Positions 44,162 to 52,371 of a stretch of 64,000 bases of DNA are shown here, piece after piece; position 1 is the first letter of the stretch; every line of letters begins with the position of its first letter. The notes under the pieces are model-generated. The model was not told where the DNA came from. It worked only from the letters and a program-made list of their open reading frames with translations, and did no database searches. Source of the stretch: Deltaproteobacteria bacterium HGW-Deltaproteobacteria-13 (lineage in GTDB: Bacteria; Desulfobacterota; Syntrophia; Syntrophales; Smithellaceae); assembly GCA_002840555.1 (NCBI GenBank), contig PHBJ01000004.1, forward strand, positions 21,150-85,149, written 5' to 3'. Both the position numbers and the translations under genes were made by a program.

Positions 44162-45646
44162 CTACCGGCGCCATTTACCTTTATTGTCGTCCTTTCCGGC
44201 AGGAGCATTGCCCCTATCGCCGTCCTTATTCGCAGGAGCGCCGCCTCTGGGTTCATTATTCCTCACGTCCTTTCTTTCAGGGACACTGATCTTTGCCGCG
44301 GGAACATCGGCAGAACGCACCCTCTCACTGCTTTGGCGGCTGGCCTGACCGCGGAGGCTCTGGCCTCTGGCCTCACTTGCTCCTCTGTAACCGCCAAAGG
44401 TAACCGATGGTGTTTTGGGAGGCTGGGCGACTTCGGGAACAGGACGGGTCTGAGACGTTCCCCTGCTGACATCTGAAGCCGGCCGTTCCGTTCGTTGAAA
44501 AATACCTTTATCTCCTCCGGGGCGGACACGCGTGGTTTCCTTACCGACAACGGGAGCCGGTTGTTGCGGCCGTTGATTAATTTCGATGGTTCGCGGAGCA
44601 GGACGTTGGCCGGCATCCGGAACAGTTATTGACGGTTGCTTTTTAATATCCCGGGGAGGTGCCGCCGGCTTTGAAAAAACGCCGTCACGGGTTTCTTTGC
44701 CGCGATCGCCGAAAGGACGCTTATCTTCCGCGGGACCGAATACCTTTGGCAAAGGTTTGGAAGGCATTCCCTTTGTGGTCCTTCCCCTGATTTCGGACAT
44801 GCGTGAATTCATTCCGGAGCCGGGACGAATGCCGGGACGCGCTGTTCTGTAGCTTTCAGGACTGCCATGTGACGCATCATGTCTCCAGTTTTTATTGATA
44901 AAAGGCCTGCTTTTTTGAACATACACATTATTCACGTGAACATAAGGCCTGGCGTGATCGACCCAGCCGGGACGCTTCCAGCCATGATAAATAACATGAT
45001 GCTGACCCCAATCGAAATCCATGGTCAGCCAGCCCCCGATCATCAAACCGACGCTGAACGTAATGAAAGGCTCGCTGCCGGCATAATATCTTTCGTAATA
45101 GACAACTGAAGGATCATAAGATGGAACATAAATATACTGTGGCTGGGCCGGAACGATCTCAATGTAATTTCCGACAATAATGATAGTCTGTCTGTTATTG
45201 CTTTCCAGATTGCCGGCATCTCTTGCCTGCCATCGGAGCCTTTGGATTGAGCTTGTTACATCTTCCGGCTGACTAAGAAAAGCATCTCCCAGATCGGCAG
45301 TCCAATCCCCGTATTCCGCCATCATTTTCAAAACATCCGGATAATGGGCAACGGCTTTGACGGATTCGTCCCAATTTTGCCAGTCAATTTCTGAAACCGA
45401 ACCGCCGTAATTCAGCCAATCATAAGCATCGGCAATTTCCTCCGTATACGTGGAAGCAGGCAGCATCTGGGCCAGGAGCGGGTCGGGATAGAGAGCGATG
45501 GGCGCCAGTAAATCATCAAGCTCCTGTTCAGTAAATAATGGCTGGGAGGATGGGTACATCTCCTCCGCCCGGGCCTTGGTTGATACAAGAGCCAAAAGGC
45601 AAACAACAAAAATAAGCAGACAACATTTTATGCTGTTCTTATTCAT
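44162..45646 (-). CDS. DUF3300 family protein with low-complexity C-terminus
   Basis: LLAPIALYPDPLLAQML.ASTY, WD.SVKA, LGDAFL.Q, IQRLR..A...GNL, YVP.YDP..VY. Confidence 0.9.
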   Translation of the reverse strand: MNKNSIKCCLLIFVVCLLALVSTKARAEEMYPSSQPLFTEQELDDLLAPIALYPDPLLAQMLPASTYTEEIADAYDWLNYGGSVSEIDWQNWDESVKAVAHYPDVLKMMAEYGDWTADLGDAFLSQPEDVTSSIQRLRWQARDAGNLESNNRQTIIIVGNYIEIVPAQPQYIYVPSYDPSVVYYERYYAGSEPFITFSVGLMIGGWLTMDFDWGQHHVIYHGWKRPGWVDHARPYVHVNNVYVQKSRPFINKNWRHDASHGSPESYRTARPGIRPGSGMNSRMSEIRGRTTKGMPSKPLPKVFGPAEDKRPFGDRGKETRDGVFSKPAAPPRDIKKQPSITVPDAGQRPAPRTIEINQRPQQPAPVVGKETTRVRPGGDKGIFQRTERPASDVSRGTSQTRPVPEVAQPPKTPSVTFGGYRGASEARGQSLRGQASRQSSERVRSADVPAAKISVPERKDVRNNEPRGGAPANKDGDRGNAPAGKDDNKGKWRR

Positions 45647-45857
45647 AAGCTAACTCCTTCCTCTTTTTGTCCGTAGATTTCAAGTATATACCGGTTACTC
45701 TTACAAACAACATGCTAAATTATAGAATATCGGGAAACAATGTCAATCAGTATTATTAAGAGGCGAAAACAGAAAAATAACATTTCACAACAATATTATT
45801 GAATATTTCCGTTTTGGCGTATTGCTCTATGGCTATTCATCCGCTGATAAATATATA

Positions 45858-45886
45858 TTGACAATAGAACGATCGTTCTATATCTT
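45858..45886 (+). promoter_or_regulatory. Sigma-70 promoter with SOS-type operator in the spacer
   Basis: TTGACA (45858) - 17 nt - TATCTT (45881); spacer holds the perfect palindrome TAGAACGATCGTTCTA (GAAC-N4-GTTC) upstream of dinB. Confidence 0.75.
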
Positions 45887-45957
45887 CTTTTTGAAAAGCT
45901 GATGTATTTTTGTATTTCCTGATGATCAAAATTAACAAGCTCTAAAGAAGTTTCTTT

Positions 45958-46206
45958 ATGACCGAACAATTATTCAGCCTCCGTTCCTGGCCGCGGGCGA
46001 TTACCCATATCGACGGCGACGCGTTTTTCACTTCCTGTGAAGAAGCCATTCACCCGGAGTTGAAAGGCAAAGCGCTCATTACCGGCGGAGAACGCGGCAT
46101 TGTCGCCTGCGCCAGTTATCCGGCCAAGGAACTGGGCATCAAGCGCGGCGTCTCTTTGCAGGAGGCTCGAAAAATTTTCCCCGGATTGATTAATAAAACT
46201 AACTAA
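45958..46206 (+). pseudogene. dinB: DNA polymerase IV, 5' fragment
   Basis: HIDGDAFF.SCE, ELKGK, GIV..ASY.AK..GIKRG; similarity stops near 46190 where the sequence turns AT-rich. Confidence 0.88.
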
Positions 46207-46754
46207 CAATTAGCAAAGCAATCTTCGTTAAATAAAGGTGTTCCAGAAGGTTTAATCCATTCAGATACACTAATATCAATTTGGTCGTCTGTTTTTCTCT
46301 GTTTGGCTTTTTTATCAAGCAACATGTGTTTTAGAAATCTAATTCCCTCATGTACTACTTTCCCCGTTTTGTAATCAGCGTTTAAGATAAATATCAATCT
46401 TAAATGCTTATCACAACCAGAAGATATTAAATCTTTGGAGTTTTCCCATTTAGAATATTCTTGTGGAGTTACTGACAGAAGTTCTGCCATTTCTTTACTT
46501 TTTAACCCAAGCTCTTTTCTTATATATATAATCTCTTGTGCAGATAAATAACCTTTACTACATATAATTGATTTTCCAATAAGAAGATGCAGTTCTTCAA
46601 TGTTTGGTATTTCTGGTGCTTCTTCTCCGCACTTACAGCACTTATACTGAATTATTCCATGCAAATATACATTATTTAGGCCACTCTCCTTATATTGATA
46701 TGGTTTGTCTTTTATGGCTTCTAAATCTCCTCCGCAAACCCAGCATTTATTCAT
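46203..46754 (-). CDS. MqsA/YgiT-type zinc-finger + HTH antitoxin
   Basis: CWVCGG...YKESGL.NV.L.GI...C.KCGE, then HTH (IRKELGLKSKEMAELLSVTPQEYSKWEN). Confidence 0.85.
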   Translation of the reverse strand: MNKCWVCGGDLEAIKDKPYQYKESGLNNVYLHGIIQYKCCKCGEEAPEIPNIEELHLLIGKSIICSKGYLSAQEIIYIRKELGLKSKEMAELLSVTPQEYSKWENSKDLISSGCDKHLRLIFILNADYKTGKVVHEGIRFLKHMLLDKKAKQRKTDDQIDISVSEWIKPSGTPLFNEDCFANC

Positions 46755-47047
46755 TTTACTCCCCCTTTAACTGTGATGATAACCATCTTTCTCGAGCTGA
46801 TATTTAATTCGATCACTACTCCTCCGGGATGTCCCTCTAAATCATTTCCCATAAAAGTATAACATCTATGATCGTCATTTAATTCTTTTTTTGTGATCTT
46901 CCCATTCTTTAAGATATTTTTAACGTCTGCCATAGAATAACTACGACTCGACATTTGACTTCTTGCATGTTTAGATGGAATCACATATCCGTATTCCAAC
47001 GTTTCTTTAATAATATCAATTATATCTTTGTCAGAAAGATCATCCAT
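46751..47047 (-). CDS. DUF4258 family protein (putative toxin)
   Basis: SKHARSQM..R.Y...DV..IL..G, G.DLEG, VIITV; overlaps the antitoxin start (ATGA). Confidence 0.8.
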   Translation of the reverse strand: MDDLSDKDIIDIIKETLEYGYVIPSKHARSQMSSRSYSMADVKNILKNGKITKKELNDDHRCYTFMGNDLEGHPGGVVIELNISSRKMVIITVKGGVK

Positions 47048-47422
47048 TAATGATTTTCTAGCATACTAGTTCTAGGATTTCAAGCAAATAGTTAATTTAT
47101 AATTAACTATTTATCTAATTTAGATATATCAGACAAACATATATTAATCTATGATTAATATAGTGAGTAGTTAGAGGAATGGAATAGCAAGCGAAAAATA
47201 TTTTTGTCCTAGTAAAAAGTTATCCCTCTCAATTGATAATATCAATGAAGAGGGATAAACAAGTCACTTAGGGTATTATTCCCCAGAAAGGTCAAGTTTT
47301 GACTTTTTGTCTGATTAATTTCAGCCAGTGGGACCAAGTCAATAATTGACTTGGTCAGTAAGATCGCACTATTGAATAACTATGTTCAATTTCTGAACAT
47401 AGGGGAAATTAGACCGCCCTTA

Positions 47423-47441
47423 TTCAAACTGACCCACTACC
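47423..47441. mobile_element. Probable isolated terminal inverted repeat of an IS1-family-like element
   Basis: TTCAAACTGACCCACTACC; read inward it is GGTAGTG..., fitting the IS1-family GGnnnTG end consensus; sits exactly where the putative dinB tail resumes. Confidence 0.5.
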
Positions 47442-47442
47442 A

Positions 47443-47604
47443 AAATTCGGGAAGCACACCCTGCATCTGGGCAGCTCTCACCTTATCGAAGAATTGGGCA
47501 AAGGCCGCCGCGGCAAGCCTACCACCCGCGAACAAACACAATTAAAAGGTGAAACACGCCGCCGCCATTTGGGACTGCCGCTGATTCATGTCAAAACCAA
47601 ATAA
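47443..47604 (+). pseudogene. dinB: Probable DNA polymerase IV 3' fragment
   Basis: Frame absent from the ORF track: KFGKHTLHLGSSHLIEELGKGRRGKPTTREQTQLKGETRRRHLGLPLIHVKTK*, resembling a DinB C-terminal K(F/Y)G tail; host-like composition returns here. Confidence 0.6.
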
Positions 47605-47638
47605 CAGAATCGAGTTTCATAAAGAATGAACAATCTCT

Positions 47639-48076
47639 CTATTTTAATTTTGCGGACACTACCTTATTTAAAGCAGCCTGAGCTTTGATGAGTTTTTTAT
47701 ACTTCGTCCGGATCTTATCAAGATTTTTCGACACAACAGCCTGGAACAAGTCTCCCTCTACCTCGGCAACATCCAACCGCTGGTAATAATCCAGGGTTTC
47801 TTTCATATGCACCAGAACGATCATGCCCGTGAGGATGGGATGGTTATTCGTCACATTCGCGTCATCGAACATTGTCCCGTGCTCCAGTTCCACTTCCAGC
47901 CCCATGCGAAAGTCTTCGGGGGCAATGGGCATTTTTTTAACATTCACAACCTTCAGGATAATCCCGGCTTCTTTTGCCGTTACATTAGGCTTTTTAATTT
48001 TCGTCCAATCTCTTATGCCTAATTCCCTGCAAACCCTCTTCACTTCACTAACCGTTACATACTGCGGAATCTTCAT
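47639..48076 (-). CDS. DUF5661 family protein
   Basis: FRMGLEVELEHG...NVTN...TG.IV..H..E..DYY.RL. Confidence 0.75.
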   Translation of the reverse strand: MKIPQYVTVSEVKRVCRELGIRDWTKIKKPNVTAKEAGIILKVVNVKKMPIAPEDFRMGLEVELEHGTMFDDANVTNNHPILTGMIVLVHMKETLDYYQRLDVAEVEGDLFQAVVSKNLDKIRTKYKKLIKAQAALNKVVSAKLK

Positions 48077-48113
48077 TAAAATATCTCCCTAACCCTCTGC
48101 AACGAGTTAATAT

Positions 48114-48164
48114 AACAAGATACTTCTTTGAGCTTGCTTGGAGTACAAAAAGAAGTATCTTGTT
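48114..48164. terminator. 16-bp inverted repeat after the SDR gene
   Basis: AACAAGATACTTCTTT / AAAGAAGTATCTTGTT. Confidence 0.45.
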
Positions 48165-48185
48165 TGTTATAAAAAAAATTATTGT

Positions 48186-48971
48186 TTACTGCGCCGAGAA
48201 TCCGCCATCCACGGGGAAAATGCCGCCGGTAATGTAATTGGAAGCCTTGGATGCCAGAAAGACGGCCAATCCCTTTACATCGTCCTCTTCACCATACATC
48301 TTGAGCGGAATCGCGCTCACGGTCAGATCAAGAATCGGTTTCATTTCCGGTTTGAACAAATGGCCCATCATATCGGTTTTGAAGAATCCCGGAGCGATGC
48401 AATTGACGTAAATCTTGTAACGGGCAAGTTTGAGAGCCAGCGTCTTGGTCAATCCTTCCACGGCAAACTTGGAAGGATTGTACGCAACAGCCGGATGCTC
48501 TTCTTCATTGGAGCCGCGCGATCCGTAAATGGAGGAAACATTGATTATCTTGCCGCCGCCTTTTTCTTTCATGATGCGGGCGACCTGCTGGGATAGAATC
48601 CAGACACCCTTGACATTGACGTCGAATATTTTTTCCCACTTATCAAGCGGGAATTCCAGTGTGGGAGCTCCCCAAGTGAGTCCGGCATTATTGACCAGGA
48701 TGTCAATGGTGCCGAACTTATCCATGGCGGCTTTGACCAGATTGTCGATATCTTCCTTTTTGGCCAGATCGCATTTTACCGCCAAAGCCTTAACGCTGAA
48801 TTTTTCCAGTTCCTGCACTTCTTTTTCCAGGTTTTCCAGCTTGCGCGAAGCGATCACAACATTAGCCCCCGCTTCAGCCAGGCCTGTTGCCATAAATTTG
48901 CCGATGCCTCTGCCGCCGCCGGTGACGATGGCAACCTTACCTTTTAAATCAAACAAATCTTTTAAATGCAT
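48186..48971 (-). CDS. Short-chain dehydrogenase/reductase
   Basis: TGGGRGIG, NNAG, YNPSK (YxxxK), IAPG. Confidence 0.93.
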   Translation of the reverse strand: MHLKDLFDLKGKVAIVTGGGRGIGKFMATGLAEAGANVVIASRKLENLEKEVQELEKFSVKALAVKCDLAKKEDIDNLVKAAMDKFGTIDILVNNAGLTWGAPTLEFPLDKWEKIFDVNVKGVWILSQQVARIMKEKGGGKIINVSSIYGSRGSNEEEHPAVAYNPSKFAVEGLTKTLALKLARYKIYVNCIAPGFFKTDMMGHLFKPEMKPILDLTVSAIPLKMYGEEDDVKGLAVFLASKASNYITGGIFPVDGGFSAQ

Positions 48972-49190
48972 TTCAAACTCCTTATGTCATGTAGTTATTC
49001 TTTAAATTTAAACTCTTGCTTACGCACGGGTTTCACTTTCAGCGCGGCTTGTTTTCAATATATTTTTAGATTTGATAAGAACTTCTTTTTTCATGGCGAG
49101 TCTATGAAGAATGATTCTGTGTCTCAAAGAAATATTTATCAAAAAACATAAGGGAGAGTGCTAATGGCGGCAGGGTTCTCCCTCCGGGCC

Positions 49191-49463
49191 TTATTCGTTA
49201 GTATTATTATAAGGACCGGTCGGCACGACCAAGCGGATGTGCCTTCTGGCAAGCATTAAAACGGGTGTGCTCCAATCGCGTCCCGATCCATCAAGCGCGT
49301 TCAGTTCGGCGTTCACGAGAATGAGAAATTCCTGATCCTGACGGTTCAGGTAGTCGGAAAGACGGCTGCGATAACCCTCCTGGGGCAACGTGATGTTACC
49401 CTCCACTCTGTAACGGTCAGTCTCGACCACCACCCTTTCATGTCTCACTTCTACGACGGCCAT
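49191..49463 (-). CDS. Small hypothetical protein
   Basis: 90 aa with GGGAG RBS; T..YR.EG...LP...RLSD.LN...F..L..A pattern. Confidence 0.65.
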   Translation of the reverse strand: MAVVEVRHERVVVETDRYRVEGNITLPQEGYRSRLSDYLNRQDQEFLILVNAELNALDGSGRDWSTPVLMLARRHIRLVVPTGPYNNTNE

Positions 49464-49647
49464 TAGAAACGACTCCCAAAAGAAACCATGGAGCCAGCCT
49501 TGATCAATACGAAAAAGACCTCGCGCGTGATAAGATATTGATTATTCATTATTTAATTATAAAAAATTAGGGCTGGTATGTCAATGAAATATTTGCGGCA
49601 ACTTATGAATTACGTATTGCTGGTTGATGTATCCCTGATGAATAAAC

Positions 49648-49679
49648 AAAAGGGGCGCGGCACAATCCGCAGCCCCTTT
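49648..49679 (-). terminator. Intrinsic terminator downstream of tRNA-Val
   Basis: AAAGGGGC(T)GCGG/CCGCGCCCCTTTT stem followed by a U run on the minus strand. Confidence 0.65.
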
Positions 49680-49688
49680 ATTTTTCAT

Positions 49689-49763
49689 TGGTAGGCGGTA
49701 CTGGGATTGAACCAGTGACTTCTACCGTGTGAAGGTAGCACTCTCCCGCTGAGTTAACCGCCC
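49689..49763 (-). tRNA. tRNA-Val (anticodon CAC)
   Basis: GGGCGGTTAACTCAGCGGGAGAGTGCTACCTTCACACGGTAGAAGTCACTGGTTCAATCCCAGTACCGCCTACCA; full cloverleaf with encoded CCA. Confidence 0.97.
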
Positions 49764-50013
49764 AAGTGAGTTGTGCTATAACTTAAAGTATTTTCTATTT
49801 CAAGTAAAAAAGTTCTTATAATCCTTTGCGTCTATCAGGTATTGTACATTGTTCCAATCAGCCTCTTACAATGAGCACGTGAATATTTTTGTCATTATGG
49901 ATAACCCCATAGGAAACAATGCCCAGAACTGTGGCCGATAAGGCGCTCCTTCCATGGGAGCCCATAGGGGACGGGCTGTCCCCTATAGATGCCTTCGTCT
50001 TACTTCTTGCGAA

Positions 50014-50436
50014 TTACTTTTTACGCGTCATGGTGCCAACTGCCACGACACTATCTGTGGCAGTTGAATGACGATATATTATGTTGATTTTGTCGTTGCT
50101 GATCTGACCTTCCAAAAAACCATCTTCATCTGCCTGATATAAACTCTTGTTGTCCATGGCAATTACTGCAACGAATTTTTCCGTGGCTCGCGGCGATTTG
50201 AATATCCCGTGCAAAACCCTTCCCTGCTGTTTGGTTACAATCCACTCGGCTTTGATGGTGCTGAATTCTCCTCTGTGGTGGGTCTTTGCTCCGTGAGCAG
50301 CACTCTTGAGAATGACACCCCCTTCAGACTGTACTGTCCATGTTCCTACCAGATTGGGAATGCCGTATTCTGCAAAGCAGATCGCCGTTCCCAGTAAAAA
50401 TGCCAGCATAGTAAAACCGATCACAATCTTTTTCAT
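50014..50436 (-). CDS. Secreted hypothetical protein (small, beta-rich)
   Basis: Signal peptide, PNLVGTW; AGGAG RBS. Confidence 0.7.
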   Translation of the reverse strand: MKKIVIGFTMLAFLLGTAICFAEYGIPNLVGTWTVQSEGGVILKSAAHGAKTHHRGEFSTIKAEWIVTKQQGRVLHGIFKSPRATEKFVAVIAMDNKSLYQADEDGFLEGQISNDKINIIYRHSTATDSVVAVGTMTRKK

Positions 50437-50471
50437 ATAAAGTCTCCTTTCCCCGAGAAATTTACGTTAAG

Positions 50472-52265
50472 TTAATTGAGTATTCCTAAACTCTTCATCT
50501 TCGCCTTCATGGCCGGGCTCAATTGCTTGACAAGCTCCGCATTGTACGAACCGGTCGGCATGGACTTTATAGTCGGATCATTCGTTGGATTCCACCTGGC
50601 AGTCGTATCCCAGGTTTCGACGATCTGTGCCGCCGCTATGGCATATTTACGTGATGCCGCCGCCGGCGTTCCGTCCTGAACTGCCGGATCAATATCAGTC
50701 GCAACAATGGAAATTGAATAGTCGCTGTTGAGATAAATCGCAAAAGTACGGAACTGCTGGGGGAAATCCCGAAGCGACGGAGTTTCGATCTGCCAGAAAC
50801 CTTTTTCCGGAGCGCCCGCAGGATCAGGGGAGATAAAGGCTTTCACGGTACTTAAATGACGATGCCCCGAGAGCCAGGCGAGCAGATTCGGATGGCTTTG
50901 AAGTTCATCAATCAAACCTTGTAGGGTTACGGCATTTTGCGGATTGAGCCACCAGCCCATTTCGGAATTAGGCGCCGTCACTTCGACGTTAATCGGTATA
51001 TGCGCGGCGATTATCATGAGCTGGCCGGCGGAATCACCCTCAGCCAGTTCTTTTTTCAGCCAGGCCCAGCGTGCCTTGTCCAGAAAGCCATGCCCATGAA
51101 TGTCGGCAGAGCCATCATCTTCTTTTTGGGTATCGTCGAGGACGATAACCTTGATTGGTATATTCGACTTCGGCACGAAGCTGTAACAGGCAAAGCCATT
51201 CGCGGCGTCGGTCAGGTTGAAACCATGACCGGCAGGATGGGAAGAGGTATTAAAAAATTCGTTCAACCACTCCGTCCTCAAAAGCGAACGCCTATCCGGA
51301 TCGGCGGCAACCTTCGGCGCGCTGCTGAAATTTCCGACAGGTCCGGCCTTGATAATGTCACCGTAGGGAGTCGAGCCGTCGAATACGCCCATATAGTAAT
51401 CACGGTTATTGATTATAGCCGGGTTGGCGAGAATATCTCCCGTGGCGAAAACTTCATCGCTGATGAAGGATTGCCGCAGGTCCTTGCGCAGGCTATAGTC
51501 CACGGGAATTGAGCCCATCCAGAAATGATCGTGGTTGCCTAGAGCCTGATACCAGGGAATCGTCTTATCCAGCCCTGCCGCTTTGTAAGATTTCTGATAA
51601 TCGATGGTGTCGTATCCCAGATGAGCGCCGGAGGAGGGCTCGATGACCTTGCCGTCAAGGACATCGATATACCACCTCAGTTCATTGTACTGAGTGGAGT
51701 TGCAGGTATCGCCCAGAGAGAGGCCGAAATCAAACGGATTTGCCTTATTGTCTTTATTGTGCAGGGCGTTTACCGTCTGAACCGCGGCGTCAAGGACATG
51801 CGTTGTAAACATCATAATCCCTGAATACAAAGATGCACCGACCGGCATTTTGGGATGCAGGCGTTGAAGATAAATCAACTGGTTGGGAGATTCTTTGTCG
51901 GTGATATGAATGTCTGATATCGTAAAAAAATTCAAAAGTTTTGTTTTTCTCGTGTCTGCCGGACTGTTATATCCAACCGGCATGATATCGAGCCGCTTGT
52001 CGTAGGGCAGCCCCGGGCCGTACGTCCAGTTTCCATAGCCGTATTGACTGTATTTGGAAATTTCCCAAAGATTAATCGCAGTCGTTGGTGTCGGGTCGGG
52101 CTTGATGGTCCTCTGGAGGGTCGTTTGAACATCGGAAGCAATCGGATATTCTTCGGACTGACTTTCATTTCTGACGATTGATTTTGAACACGCCGATAAA
52201 GAGAAAATCAGTATTCCCGTGAAAAAAACTAAGCAGAACTTTTTGAACTCATACGATGGTCTCAT
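50472..52265 (-). CDS. Lipoprotein metallophosphoesterase (TIGR03768-like)
   Basis: Lipobox LSAC; SDIHITDKESP, LGD..N..QYNELRW, GNHD, H.P, GHRH, SLRDFPQQ. Confidence 0.85.
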   Translation of the reverse strand: MRPSYEFKKFCLVFFTGILIFSLSACSKSIVRNESQSEEYPIASDVQTTLQRTIKPDPTPTTAINLWEISKYSQYGYGNWTYGPGLPYDKRLDIMPVGYNSPADTRKTKLLNFFTISDIHITDKESPNQLIYLQRLHPKMPVGASLYSGIMMFTTHVLDAAVQTVNALHNKDNKANPFDFGLSLGDTCNSTQYNELRWYIDVLDGKVIEPSSGAHLGYDTIDYQKSYKAAGLDKTIPWYQALGNHDHFWMGSIPVDYSLRKDLRQSFISDEVFATGDILANPAIINNRDYYMGVFDGSTPYGDIIKAGPVGNFSSAPKVAADPDRRSLLRTEWLNEFFNTSSHPAGHGFNLTDAANGFACYSFVPKSNIPIKVIVLDDTQKEDDGSADIHGHGFLDKARWAWLKKELAEGDSAGQLMIIAAHIPINVEVTAPNSEMGWWLNPQNAVTLQGLIDELQSHPNLLAWLSGHRHLSTVKAFISPDPAGAPEKGFWQIETPSLRDFPQQFRTFAIYLNSDYSISIVATDIDPAVQDGTPAAASRKYAIAAAQIVETWDTTARWNPTNDPTIKSMPTGSYNAELVKQLSPAMKAKMKSLGILN

Positions 52266-52371
52266 AAAACTCCTCCTTTTACTATATGCTTAAATGTTTA
52301 TTATCTTCGCTTTTCTATCAATTAATCAAAAATCGTTACCTATTTTACTCCTAAGTGGTGCGCATTGAGAA

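Noticed and set aside
47351-47545. 64-aa ORF from the track
   Set aside because: Spans the element junction with no RBS; a different frame gives the DinB-like tail.
49689-49763. tRNA-anchored genomic island
   Set aside because: No integrase, and I found no duplicate of the tRNA 3' end; the phosphoesterase cluster lies on the tRNA 5' side.
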